Virus record (IMG/VR): IMGVR_UViG_3300034375_010798
Source: a virus
DNA: 64,000 nt
Reading direction: 5' to 3' (one strand)
Positions within the stretch are counted from its first letter, which is position 1; the number at the start of each line of letters is the position of its first letter. The notes under the pieces are model-generated. The model did not search any database. It saw only the letters and a program-made list of their open reading frames with translations, and was not told the DNA's origin. The translations under genes and the position numbers were made by a program. Below, piece after piece: positions 10,239 to 20,119 of this stretch.

Positions 10239-10704
10239 TAGGGAAAAAGCAAAAAGATTAAGAGAAAAGCTTTCAAACTCTTATTCTCATAAACCTAAAA
10301 GAACAAGAAAACACAAACAAAGAACATTACCAGAACAGTTAACTCAAGATCTGTTAGAAGAACTGAGTATAGAATTTGAGATAGAAAAATCACTGCAGTA
10401 TAAGTTTTCTTGGAAACATTATGATATATGTTTGATAGATTACCCTATACTTATAGAAGTAGATGGCAACTATTGGCATGGAGAAAAAAAGACGGTTGAT
10501 AAAAAAATGAGATTGGTGCATTATAAAAATAAACAAAATGATGCAATAAAGAATTGGTTGGCTAAAAAAAATGGTTATAAACTAATTCGAATCTGGGAAA
10601 ATGAAATAAAAGATGATAGAGAATCTGTCAAACAAAAAATCCTAGATACAATTTCAAACATTATAACCGAGAATAAAATTGGAACAAGAGAAAGTAATAA
10701 ATGA
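10213..10704 (+). CDS. Vsr/DUF559-like PD-(D/E)xK endonuclease
   Basis: YDI..LIEVDGNYWHG..D..K..GYKLIRIWE signature. Confidence 0.85.
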   Translation: MNSKKKKINREKAKRLREKLSNSYSHKPKRTRKHKQRTLPEQLTQDLLEELSIEFEIEKSLQYKFSWKHYDICLIDYPILIEVDGNYWHGEKKTVDKKMRLVHYKNKQNDAIKNWLAKKNGYKLIRIWENEIKDDRESVKQKILDTISNIITENKIGTRESNK

Positions 10705-11080
10705 GGCAATTAACAGTAGTGTTGGTTTGTTTTTTGGAGAGTATGCGTGGGTTACATTATTAGCTTTAATAGCTATACTTTTTAAATCAACAATAGAAAG
10801 TTCTGTAGCTGGATTAATGATTTTTCTTGGTAGGGATTATGACGATGATGATGTAGTTTATTTAAATGATAAGCCAGCAAGAATAATAAGAGTTGGTATA
10901 TGGTCTACGGTTTTTTACATATATGATATAGAAACAAAAAATGGTGAATCATATATAGCAGGTGGAAAAAAATTAGTTGTAAGTAATGTTAAATTAAAAG
11001 ATATGATGTTAGAGAAGCCATTACAAAATATAGAATTAAAGGAGAATTTTTTTGTCAAAGAAAAAAAAGAGATTGATTAA
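10679..11080 (+). CDS. Membrane protein resembling the MscS TM and beta domain
   Basis: Hydrophobic helix, IESSVAGLMIF, then DDVVYLNDKPARIIRVGIWST. Confidence 0.55.
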   Translation: MEQEKVINEAINSSVGLFFGEYAWVTLLALIAILFKSTIESSVAGLMIFLGRDYDDDDVVYLNDKPARIIRVGIWSTVFYIYDIETKNGESYIAGGKKLVVSNVKLKDMMLEKPLQNIELKENFFVKEKKEID

Positions 11081-11303
11081 GGTTTTATCAAATATGGTAG
11101 AAAAAGAACAAGATTTATTAAACAGGATAGAGGTTTTAGAAACATACATAAATCATTTAGAGGGTATGATATTTAATGAAGAATTTCAAGAATCAGATTC
11201 TTTTCTTAATAAAATGAGTAAAGAAGATATAGAATCAACAAAGATGTGGTCAATAGATGACCTATTAAAAGATATAGAGGATACTAACAATAATGACAGT
11301 TGA
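11052..11303 (+). CDS. Hypothetical protein
   Basis: ORF in operon. Confidence 0.5.
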   Translation: MSKKKKRLIKVLSNMVEKEQDLLNRIEVLETYINHLEGMIFNEEFQESDSFLNKMSKEDIESTKMWSIDDLLKDIEDTNNNDS

Positions 11304-11622
11304 TGTTCTGATAGCTATAATTATAGTGTTGGTTACAGAGTTTGGAATAGTTTTCACTCATGTTTTTCCAGCCGCATATAATCATGATCATTGGGCACAT
11401 AAGCCATGGATAGATGGTCTTGGCATAGCTAATTGGTATCATGTTGCATCTTTTTTAAGTCATTGGCCCGCGGTATTTTTTATACATATTAATTTTATAC
11501 CTTTTTTTTTGTGGCCAGTAACATTAATATTATGTGATATTATATGGTCTTTTGTTAAAAGTAAGGGTGGAAAGAATTGGGATCGTTGGTATATACAATT
11601 AATTAAACGTATATTAAGATAG
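11293..11622 (+). CDS. Hypothetical membrane protein (His/Trp-rich)
   Basis: Two or three hydrophobic segments. Confidence 0.6.
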   Translation: MTVDVLIAIIIVLVTEFGIVFTHVFPAAYNHDHWAHKPWIDGLGIANWYHVASFLSHWPAVFFIHINFIPFFLWPVTLILCDIIWSFVKSKGGKNWDRWYIQLIKRILR

Positions 11623-11634
11623 TGGGGTGGAGTT

Positions 11635-12285
11635 GTGATTATAGATTATAAAAAAATAAAAAAAATAAAAAATACAAAATTTAATAATAAGATTCCTAAT
11701 AATCATAAAAAAATATTGAACTCTTTAGAAAAATCATATTTTTCAAATTTTGTAAAAGAAAATAAAATTCCAACTCCTCCTCCTAATAACTCTGTTAAAA
11801 CAGTAACGGAATTAAAAAAGATTTCCAAAATAACTTTCAAACAAAATATTGTTAAAAAGTATGATAATATTTATAAAGTTTTTGTTGATTTTTTAGAAAG
11901 TAAAGGTTTAGAAGTAAACAAAGCATTAATAAGAGGTTTGTTAAAGGAAAGTTATAGAGTTGTTTTATTTTATAAGTATAAGTTCAACAGACCTAGACCT
12001 AAACAATTAGCAGAACTATATGATATAGATTTAGTCAAACTGTCAGAATTAGATAGTATGAATACGCCAGCTTATCCATCTGGGCATAGCACACAAGGTT
12101 TTTTTATAGCTAAGGTATTATCTGACGCTCATCCTGATCATAAAAACGATCTGATGAATATAGCTAAGAAAATATCTTATAGTAGACAGATTGCCCGCGC
12201 ACATTATCCATCAGACTCAAAAGCTGGCGAAAAATTAGGATTGCAATTATATAAGGAGTATATAAAGAATCAAAATGTTGATTGA
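11635..12285 (+). CDS. PAP2-superfamily phosphatase / haloperoxidase-like
   Basis: KYKFNRPRP, YPSGHS and SRQIARAHYPSD match the three PAP2 motifs. Confidence 0.88.
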   Translation: MIIDYKKIKKIKNTKFNNKIPNNHKKILNSLEKSYFSNFVKENKIPTPPPNNSVKTVTELKKISKITFKQNIVKKYDNIYKVFVDFLESKGLEVNKALIRGLLKESYRVVLFYKYKFNRPRPKQLAELYDIDLVKLSELDSMNTPAYPSGHSTQGFFIAKVLSDAHPDHKNDLMNIAKKISYSRQIARAHYPSDSKAGEKLGLQLYKEYIKNQNVD

Positions 12286-12434
12286 AACAAATAGTTATTA
12301 TTATGCACAATATGCAATGGCATATTATAATGCTACAAAAGGCACTGACAATATGTCATACAAGAAAAAACAATTAGTAGAAAAACCTTCCAAAATAGCT
12401 GCAATATTTAGAAACAAATCTAGCAAAAATAATA

Positions 12435-12463
12435 TTGACTTATTGGTGTAAATTCACTATATT
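12435..12463 (+). promoter_or_regulatory. sigma70-type promoter, possibly giving a leaderless mRNA
   Basis: TTGACT, 17 nt, TATATT. The ATG at 12470 lies 7 nt after the -10 element with no SD. Confidence 0.7.
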
Positions 12464-12469
12464 ATATAT

Positions 12470-12931
12470 ATGAAAATTTTAAGAGACATAAAACACATAT
12501 ATCAAAAAATACGTTATGGTTATTCTGGTAGGGATTTGTGGTCACTGGATCACACCATAACGGATTTTGTATTGCCCCGACTTATTTCTTTTCGTAATGG
12601 TGGTGGAAACTCATATTTGGATGGGCCTAGTGGTTCACCTTTATTAGAAGGATATACAGAAGAGCAACATGATGAAATGTATGAAGAGTGGTTGAGAATA
12701 TTGGATAAAATGATATTGGCATTTGAGTATCATAAGTTAGATATGAATGATGTTGATTCTGGTATTGATACAGATCGGTTGTTTGTTGATGAGCCGGGTG
12801 GTAAAGTGCACTTTCAACATGATTACGAAGAAAAGTGGGAAGAATACAAGTTAGAGGCTGAAAGGCGTGATAAGGTTATAGAAGAAGGATTTGCATTGTT
12901 CGCGAAGTATTATAGAAACTTGTGGGACTAA
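12470..12931 (+). CDS. Phage hypothetical protein
   Basis: DLWSLDHTI..PRL..W..ILDKMI.AF...EGFALFAKYYRNLWD, a pattern I recall from many phages. Confidence 0.7.
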   Translation: MKILRDIKHIYQKIRYGYSGRDLWSLDHTITDFVLPRLISFRNGGGNSYLDGPSGSPLLEGYTEEQHDEMYEEWLRILDKMILAFEYHKLDMNDVDSGIDTDRLFVDEPGGKVHFQHDYEEKWEEYKLEAERRDKVIEEGFALFAKYYRNLWD

Positions 12932-12946
12932 AAGAAACGAGGTTAT

Positions 12947-13987
12947 GTGATAAGTTATATTGGTGGTAAGAATAGAATGGCAGAATGGATTAGTAGTTAC
13001 ATTCCAGAGTGTGAAACGTATGTAGAGGTATTTGGTGGTGCATTTTGGGTGTATGTAAACTCTGACATCCATGAAAGAGCACAGAATGTTATTTACAACG
13101 ATTTCAATCCTTACATGGTAAATCTATTTCGTTGTGCGTCAGAACCAAAGAAGTTTATGAAGTTTATTGAGAGTAAGAATCCACCAGTTCAAACTAAAGG
13201 GCAACCAGAACTAAGTAGAGAATGTAATGATTTCTTTTATCAGTGTAAGAAAGAAATGTTTGGTAGGAATGCGTTGAAGAAATTTTTATCAGACAAGGTT
13301 CGTCGCCATCAAATAGCTACACACATTCATTATTTAGAGGGTGGCACTTCTACTCTTGAAAAGATTGAGAAAGATATTCTTTCTGAGATAAACTATTGTA
13401 TAAAACAGTTGCGTGAAAGAACTAGTAATAGTCAATCAGTAGCAAGAGACAAGATTAGGGAAAAGATACAAGCAGGTAAGAAAGACCAATCCATAGCTAT
13501 GAAGTATGCTTACATACTTGCATCATCATTTAGTGGTGTAGATCCTGTTGACGCAGAGTTTCAAGATTACAAGGGTATGTATGGTTCTAAATTTACTGCA
13601 TTTACAAACAGATTAACTAGTGATAAGTTTATTCCCAAGTTGAAGAAGATACATACTTGTGAGAATATGTCATTTGAGGAGGTAATAGCAAAGTATGATT
13701 CACCCACAACATATTTCTACGTTGACCCTCCTTATTGGAATACTGAGTCTTACTATAGTTTACATGAGTTTGGAAGAGAACAGCATTACCAGTTGAGAGA
13801 TTCTCTTCATGGCATATCTGGTAAGTTTTCATTATCATATTATGATTTTGATGAGTTGAGTGAGATGTATCCAAAGAATGATTTTGTTTGGGAAAGAAAA
13901 GAGTTTGCGAAACCTGCAGGAGCAAAAGAAGGTGTTGATCAAGGTGTAGGTGAAGAACTTCTTATTATGAATTATAATAATGTATGA
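12947..13987 (+). CDS. DNA adenine methyltransferase (Dam/D12-like)
   Basis: YIGGK, YVEVFGG, YNDFN and DPPY motifs; long central region. Confidence 0.9.
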   Translation: MISYIGGKNRMAEWISSYIPECETYVEVFGGAFWVYVNSDIHERAQNVIYNDFNPYMVNLFRCASEPKKFMKFIESKNPPVQTKGQPELSRECNDFFYQCKKEMFGRNALKKFLSDKVRRHQIATHIHYLEGGTSTLEKIEKDILSEINYCIKQLRERTSNSQSVARDKIREKIQAGKKDQSIAMKYAYILASSFSGVDPVDAEFQDYKGMYGSKFTAFTNRLTSDKFIPKLKKIHTCENMSFEEVIAKYDSPTTYFYVDPPYWNTESYYSLHEFGREQHYQLRDSLHGISGKFSLSYYDFDELSEMYPKNDFVWERKEFAKPAGAKEGVDQGVGEELLIMNYNNV

Positions 13988-14035
13988 TATTTATATTAAG
14001 AATAACTCTTAACCCTTATTTTATGGAGAAGATCA

Positions 14036-14191
14036 ATGTCTTGTTCATGTAGTGTCAAAAAACAGTGTAAATGTTCCCATAAGAGTCAATGTTGTGATGA
14101 TTGTTCTTGTGGCAAAAAGATAACTAAAGAACAAGTTGTCATAGATTGCGAAAAAGAAGAAAACGAGAACATAGTAAGAGGTTTAGATTAA
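14036..14191 (+). CDS. Cys-rich metallothionein-like microprotein, 51 aa (not in ORF track)
   Basis: MSCSCSVKKQCKCSHKSQCCDDCSCGKKITKEQVVIDCEKEENENIVRGLD*; GGAG SD at 14025-28; ATATTTAT at 13987. Confidence 0.7.
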   Translation: MSCSCSVKKQCKCSHKSQCCDDCSCGKKITKEQVVIDCEKEENENIVRGLD

Positions 14192-14195
14192 TCTT

Positions 14196-14221
14196 TGTTG
14201 GCGGTGTTAACACCGCCAACA
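14196..14221. repeat. Perfect 26-bp palindrome
   Basis: TGTTGGCGGTGTT|AACACCGCCAACA. Confidence 0.9.
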
Positions 14222-14239
14222 TCAAAAAATGGAGTTTTT

Positions 14240-14527
14240 ATGTTAGAGTATACGATTATAACAATTCTTTTATTTGTTTGTTGTTTTTTATATTTCTTGT
14301 TAAATAGATCTATAAACACTATTCAAAGAAATGAAAATATTATTAACAACATATATGAAGAATTAAATACGATGGCTGAAGCCATAGAGATAGTTTTAGG
14401 TCACGGTATTTATAGTAACGATCCTGTTATTACAAATTTTATAGATAGGTTAAAGGTTATTGGAGAATATATAGGGCAAATAAACAGTGATTATGATTTT
14501 AATGATTTAGGTGAAAGAAATGAATAA
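14240..14527 (+). CDS. Hypothetical protein with N-terminal TM helix (start corrected to 14240)
   Basis: GGAG SD before the ATG at 14240; MLEYTIITILLFVCCFLYFLL. Confidence 0.65.
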   Translation: MLEYTIITILLFVCCFLYFLLNRSINTIQRNENIINNIYEELNTMAEAIEIVLGHGIYSNDPVITNFIDRLKVIGEYIGQINSDYDFNDLGERNE

Positions 14528-14972
14528 AAGCAGTATTGATAAATTAAAGAATATAGAAATATTTGAAGGTAAATCTGTTGATGAAATATTTAAAGTTATA
14601 TTTGAGTATTCTTTAGAAGAGAGAAACGCCGCTTTAGATACTTTTAATGAGTTTAAAAAACACATTAAGGATGGAGATGATTTGTTCATGTCTGGTGATA
14701 AACCACAAGGGTATTTGGATTCGGCTCATAAGGCTACTGAAAATCTGATAAAACTAATATCAGCAGCTCAAAAATTAGTTGTTGTAGAGGAAGAAAACGA
14801 AAACAATATTAACGCAACTGATATATTAGATATACTTGATAAGCAAGGAATAGCTCCAGATAGATTTATTGACAGAAAAGAAGAAGAAGAAGAGACAAAG
14901 GTAAAAAATAAAAAAGATGAATCAGCCATGAAGGAAATAACATTTCCAACTTTAAAGAAAAAGGTTGATTGA
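14511..14972 (+). CDS. Hypothetical helical protein
   Basis: ORF in operon. Confidence 0.6.
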   Translation: MKEMNKSSIDKLKNIEIFEGKSVDEIFKVIFEYSLEERNAALDTFNEFKKHIKDGDDLFMSGDKPQGYLDSAHKATENLIKLISAAQKLVVVEEENENNINATDILDILDKQGIAPDRFIDRKEEEEETKVKNKKDESAMKEITFPTLKKKVD

Positions 14973-15499
14973 TATGTTTAGGCTTGGATGTCAGCACAAG
15001 AATAGTTGGTTATTCTATACTAAGTGAAGATAAGGTGTTGATTAGAGCAGGTTTTATTGATTTGAGTAAGATAGAAGATTTATCAGACAAGACTACTTAC
15101 TTGAAAGATAAGTTGTTAGAAATAAAAGAAGAATATGAAATAGACAATATAGGTATAGAAGATTGTCTTACAAAGTTTGCAGGTGGTAGAAGTAGTATAA
15201 AGACTATAGGTAAACTTATAGCCTTTAACTATCTTACTAGATACATATGTCATGTTGTGTTTGATATAAAACCTGTGGTATTGAATGTTATAAGAGCAAG
15301 AACACTGGCTGATTGTAAGGTTCCAAGGGGTGAGAACTCAAAGGAATATATAGTTTCAAGAGTTATGGAGTTATACGAGAACATAGATTGGCCTCGTATG
15401 AAGAAAGATAAAACAAGGTTTTCTAAAGAGTGTGAGGATATAGCAGATTCAGTTGTTATATCAAGAGCGCTAGTAAAGGAGATTACTTCTATTGAATAA
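14969..15499 (+). CDS. ruvC: RuvC-like Holliday junction resolvase
   Basis: LGLDVSTRIVGYS, IGIED and EDIADSVVI acidic motifs. Confidence 0.85.
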   Translation: MICLGLDVSTRIVGYSILSEDKVLIRAGFIDLSKIEDLSDKTTYLKDKLLEIKEEYEIDNIGIEDCLTKFAGGRSSIKTIGKLIAFNYLTRYICHVVFDIKPVVLNVIRARTLADCKVPRGENSKEYIVSRVMELYENIDWPRMKKDKTRFSKECEDIADSVVISRALVKEITSIE

Positions 15500-16415
15500 C
15501 ACATTAGAGGTTTTAAAAGGTTGTTTGGGTGAACATACCAAAATAGATGCAAAGGGTAATGTTCAGTTTTATTGTATAAGTTGTAAACATAAGAATAAGA
15601 AATTAGCTGTTAATATAAACACATTAAGGTTTCAGTGTTGGGTGTGTGGTGAAAGAGGTAACATAGCTAGTTATCTTTATAAGATGGGTTTTAAAACAGA
15701 GGCCAATAAAATAAGCCCATATAAAGAAGAATTAAATATTGATGATTTGTTTGGTGAGAATAAAAAGACAGAAGTAAAAAAAGAACTAATATTTCCAGAA
15801 TCATATTATGGAATTTATGCAAACAAAAATAAGAAGTTTTTTAAAAAATCTATAAACTATCTTTTATCAAGAGGATTAAGTGAAGATGATTTTATAAAGT
15901 ATAATATACACTACTCTATAAAAGAAGAAAGAATATTGTTTCCCTCCTATGATCTTGACGATAATTTAAATTATTATGTGACAAGAAGTTTATCTCCAAA
16001 TGCATTTATGAAATACAAAAATGCAGATGTTAGAAATCAAGATATAATTTTTAATGAAAGATTTATAAATTGGAAAGAAAAACTTTATATAGTTGAAGGT
16101 ATTTTTGACTCTATAACTTGTAGAGAAAACTCAGTTCCATTATTGGGTTCTAGTCTTTCAAGATCTAGTGCGTTGTATAAAAAAATTGTAAAACACCAAA
16201 CCCCGATTATTCTTGCATTAGATCCAGATGCAAAGAAAAAAATGTTTAAATGTGCAGAGAATATTATTACATTTAACAATAATATTTTTTATGTTGATTG
16301 GGGTGAAGAAAAAAGAGATATATCTGAGATGGGCAGTAATATATTTTCCTCCTATACAGAAAAAAATATCAAAAAATATACATTAAGTGATGAAGTTCTT
16401 TCAAGGTTATTATAA
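15492..16415 (+). CDS. DNA primase (Zn finger plus TOPRIM)
   Basis: CISC..CWVC; VEGIFDS; LALDPDA; KRDISEM. Confidence 0.9.
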   Translation: MNNTLEVLKGCLGEHTKIDAKGNVQFYCISCKHKNKKLAVNINTLRFQCWVCGERGNIASYLYKMGFKTEANKISPYKEELNIDDLFGENKKTEVKKELIFPESYYGIYANKNKKFFKKSINYLLSRGLSEDDFIKYNIHYSIKEERILFPSYDLDDNLNYYVTRSLSPNAFMKYKNADVRNQDIIFNERFINWKEKLYIVEGIFDSITCRENSVPLLGSSLSRSSALYKKIVKHQTPIILALDPDAKKKMFKCAENIITFNNNIFYVDWGEEKRDISEMGSNIFSSYTEKNIKKYTLSDEVLSRLL

Positions 16416-16418
16416 TAT

Positions 16419-19400
16419 ATGATAAAAAAAATAATGCATTTATCCGATATTCATATCCGTCTTCAACAAAGACATAAAGAATATCGTCATGTTTTTAGAA
16501 ACTTTTATAAGCATGTAGTAAAACAAAGACCAGATATTATTGTTATAAGTGGTGACATATTTCACCAAAAGGTTCACCTCTCACCAGAGGCTATAAAAGT
16601 AGCTGGTGAGTTTTTCACTAAATTATCAACGCTAGCTCCTGTTCATATGATTATAGGTAATCACGACACTATTGTTTCTCAAAAGGGAAGAATAGATTCT
16701 GTTACTGCAGTTCTTAATCTAGCTAATCTTGATAACATATATCTTTATACAAAGAGTGGTTTGTATGAAGTTGACAATATTGTATTTGGTGTTTTTGATA
16801 TCAACGATGATAAGAAGTGGCCCTACAACCCAGATAAAGAAGATGGAAAGTCATATGTAGCATTATTTCATGGGCCAATAAACAACTCAGTAAATGAGGT
16901 CAAGTTCTCAATGGAGAGTAAGTATAAGCTTGATATGTTTGATGGTTATGATGTTGCAATGTTAGGAGATATTCACACTCGTCAAGTATTGCAAGAAAGA
17001 AGTGAAGGTAAGCCACAAGTAGAGTATTCTGGTAGTTTCATACAACAGAACTTTGCAGAAGATAAATCAAAAGGTTATTTGATGTGGGATATGGAAACAC
17101 TCACATCAGAATATTTTGAAGTAGAAAGTGATTATGGTTATAGAACTATATCATTATCAAAAACAGATGTAGATAATATTGATATTATTAGTTTTGATTT
17201 ACCTAAGTATCCTTATATTAGAGTTTTACTAGATCATGATTCTTATGATATAACCAAATCTAAATATATAGAGTCACACATCATATCTAAATATAAGCCT
17301 TCTTATTTGACAATAGAAATAAATCATACAAAAGAAATAAATAAAGCAAACATATCTGATGTTCATATTGAAAATGTTGTAGATTTAAATGTTCAAAAGA
17401 AAATATTAAAAGAGTATTTAAAGAGTTTTCCCAATATGGAATCTGACGCTATTGAAGAAGTTATGCAAGTGCATGAATCCATGTATAATAACTTTACAAC
17501 AAATGAGTTTGATCATTATAAGGGTTTAAATTGGGATATAAAGAGAATGAAGTTCTCTAATGTTTTCTCTTATGGTGAAGACAATGTTATTAATTTTGAC
17601 AAACTAAGAGGTCTAACAGGTATATTTTCAGCTAATGCATCTGGTAAGAGTAGTTTGTTGTATACTATACTTACGGCGTTTTTCAATATGTCTACGAGAG
17701 CGAGTAGAGGTAATATAGTAGATGTCATAAATAAGAACAAAGATATTGCAACTATTGATGTTGAGTTTTTTATTGATAATAAAGAGTATCTTATTCGTAG
17801 AGAGATAAAGAGAACAAAGAAAGATCCCAACAGAGCAAAGAACACAATAGAGTTTTATGAAGTTGTTGGTGGTGAGTTGAACAATATAATGGGAACAGCT
17901 AACACTAATGCTACAGAAAAACAGATAAGAGGTATGTTAGGTTCATTTGAAGAACATGCAATGACAACATTTTCTCAGCAGTTTGATGCAACTAGCTTTA
18001 TTGACTATAACCAATCCAGTAGAAAAGAGTTATTATCTAAGTTCTTGGGGTTAGACATTATAGAAAACTTATATCAATCGGTTAAGGAAGAAACATCTGC
18101 GTTAAGGAGAACTCTTACTGAATATAAGAAATATGATTATAAGATTATAGAAAGAGAGTATGAGGAGAAAGAAGATAGGTTACAGAGTGAACTTATTGAG
18201 CTTGGAGAAAAGAAAGAAGAGTTATATTATAATCTCAAGGAAAAGAATGAAAAAATAAATAAGTTGCACACTCAGTTGAAAAATACAGAAGGTATAGATT
18301 TAGATGTAGAAGAGTTGAATGATGAGTTAGAATACTGTGACAGTGAAATAGAAAACATAAACAATGATATAAAAACTCATCACAATACTATAGAAGATAC
18401 AACATCTAAGTTAGAAGATTTAGAAGAAGAAAAGAAAACATTGCAGCCTCTTGAAGTTATTGAGAAAAAACGAGATGAATATAACTCTCTGTTATCAAAA
18501 GGTATGAAGTTAGAAAACGATATTACAAACTTACAGAAGGAAATAAATACTAGTAAGCGTTCTGTAGAGATTCTCAATATGCATGATTGGTTTGAGAAGG
18601 AGAGTGTATGTTCAAAGTGTTCTTTTTTACAGGATGCATTTAGTGCCAAAGAAAATCTCATCCAGTTAGAAGATCAAGCTAAGGTTATAAGAAAACCATT
18701 GAGTGAAATAACTAATAAGTTAGAGGATTATGATGGTGAGAATCTTGATGATTTATTAGAAAGGCATCAAAAGGTAAGTTTTTCTATACAAAGTTCTGAA
18801 CAGTATTTACAAAATGTAGAGAATCAACTTAGCACATATGAGGATAGATTATCTTTGTTAGAAGAAAAGAAGACAGTAATAAAAGATAATATAAATAGAT
18901 ATAATATCAACGAACATAATATCAAAATAAATAAGGATATACAAGAAAAAATAGATTTTCTTCGTAAAGAAGTAAATGAAACAGAGGAATATATAAAGAA
19001 TAATATTGATAATGAGATAAATAGTAAGAATATAGAGTATGGTCAAACACATCAGCAGTTGATGGAACTATCTGAAACTATAGAGAAAGTAGAAAAGATA
19101 GAGAATAAATATAATACATATAACATACTTAAAAACGCTTTGTCTAATAATGGAATTCCTTTGTTGATTATGAGTAAGGTTATTCCTATAATAAATGAAG
19201 AGATTAGAAAGATATTAGCTAAGATATCTAATTTTGATGTTATGATAGAAGTTGATTCTATAGAACAAGACTTACACATATTTATTGAAGATAATATTTC
19301 TAAGAGAAAAGTCGAGTTAGGTAGTGGTATGGAAAAGACAGTAGCTGCTTTAGCTATTAGAGCGGCTTTAGCTAATATATCATTATTACCAATATGTAAT

Positions 19401-19598
19401 CTATTTATTGTTGATGAGGGTTTTGGAACATTAGACGCAGAGAACTTAATAGAAATAAATGAATTACTTCAATATTTGAAGACAAGATTTAATAATGTTA
19501 TGATAATAAGTCATATTGATGTAATGAAAGACGTTACAGATAATATAATATCAATAGAAAAAGATGAGTATGGATACTCTAGCATAAGGATAGAATAA
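16419..19598 (+). CDS. Fused SbcD/Mre11 nuclease and SbcC/Rad50 ATPase (gp47-gp46-like)
   Basis: SDIH, GD, GNHD, GDIH phosphoesterase motifs; NASGKSS Walker A; coiled coil with CSKC hook; SGME signature; IVDEGFGTLD; ISH. Confidence 0.93.
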   Translation: MIKKIMHLSDIHIRLQQRHKEYRHVFRNFYKHVVKQRPDIIVISGDIFHQKVHLSPEAIKVAGEFFTKLSTLAPVHMIIGNHDTIVSQKGRIDSVTAVLNLANLDNIYLYTKSGLYEVDNIVFGVFDINDDKKWPYNPDKEDGKSYVALFHGPINNSVNEVKFSMESKYKLDMFDGYDVAMLGDIHTRQVLQERSEGKPQVEYSGSFIQQNFAEDKSKGYLMWDMETLTSEYFEVESDYGYRTISLSKTDVDNIDIISFDLPKYPYIRVLLDHDSYDITKSKYIESHIISKYKPSYLTIEINHTKEINKANISDVHIENVVDLNVQKKILKEYLKSFPNMESDAIEEVMQVHESMYNNFTTNEFDHYKGLNWDIKRMKFSNVFSYGEDNVINFDKLRGLTGIFSANASGKSSLLYTILTAFFNMSTRASRGNIVDVINKNKDIATIDVEFFIDNKEYLIRREIKRTKKDPNRAKNTIEFYEVVGGELNNIMGTANTNATEKQIRGMLGSFEEHAMTTFSQQFDATSFIDYNQSSRKELLSKFLGLDIIENLYQSVKEETSALRRTLTEYKKYDYKIIEREYEEKEDRLQSELIELGEKKEELYYNLKEKNEKINKLHTQLKNTEGIDLDVEELNDELEYCDSEIENINNDIKTHHNTIEDTTSKLEDLEEEKKTLQPLEVIEKKRDEYNSLLSKGMKLENDITNLQKEINTSKRSVEILNMHDWFEKESVCSKCSFLQDAFSAKENLIQLEDQAKVIRKPLSEITNKLEDYDGENLDDLLERHQKVSFSIQSSEQYLQNVENQLSTYEDRLSLLEEKKTVIKDNINRYNINEHNIKINKDIQEKIDFLRKEVNETEEYIKNNIDNEINSKNIEYGQTHQQLMELSETIEKVEKIENKYNTYNILKNALSNNGIPLLIMSKVIPIINEEIRKILAKISNFDVMIEVDSIEQDLHIFIEDNISKRKVELGSGMEKTVAALAIRAALANISLLPICNLFIVDEGFGTLDAENLIEINELLQYLKTRFNNVMIISHIDVMKDVTDNIISIEKDEYGYSSIRIE

Positions 19599-20119
19599 TG
19601 GATATATCTACTATAGGTAATATAATAACTGGTGGAGTTTTTAAAGATGTAGGTCTTAAAGTTTTAGACACAATTATTGGAAGATTTCCAGAAAAGATGA
19701 GTGATGAGGATCGTCATCAGGCTGAAATTGAAGTTATGAAAATAGTGAATGAAAAAGAAATTGAAGCCTTAAAACAATGGAATGAGCAAGAAAGAAACTT
19801 TCAAAAATTTATCACAGATATGGAAGGAACATCAGCTGATTTAAAACAAATGCCAATAATTGGCAGAGCTATACTTTTTCTTAGAGGTGCTTTTAGACCA
19901 CTTATGGCTTTTGGCATAGCTTATACAGATTTACAAGTTTTTTCTGGTGGGTGGAATTTGCAAGAAGTTGGAGGAGCACAAGCAGATCAGGTTTGGAGTT
20001 TGTTGTATGTTATAAATTTTTTGGTTATAGGTTTTTACTTTGGTGAACGAGCTTTAAGAAATTTGCAACCATTAATAGAAAAAATGATGGATAGAGTTAT
20101 TGGTGGAGAAAAAAAATGA
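19598..20119 (+). CDS. Putative holin (3TM-like)
   Basis: Helical N-terminus, RGAFRP followed by TM segments, GFYFGER. Confidence 0.7.
   Translation: MDISTIGNIITGGVFKDVGLKVLDTIIGRFPEKMSDEDRHQAEIEVMKIVNEKEIEALKQWNEQERNFQKFITDMEGTSADLKQMPIIGRAILFLRGAFRPLMAFGIAYTDLQVFSGGWNLQEVGGAQADQVWSLLYVINFLVIGFYFGERALRNLQPLIEKMMDRVIGGEKK

Noticed and set aside
10213-10704. Vsr-like nuclease as the cause of CCWGG depletion
   Set aside because: Very-short-patch repair restores CCWGG rather than removing it, and this nuclease family is common in phages.
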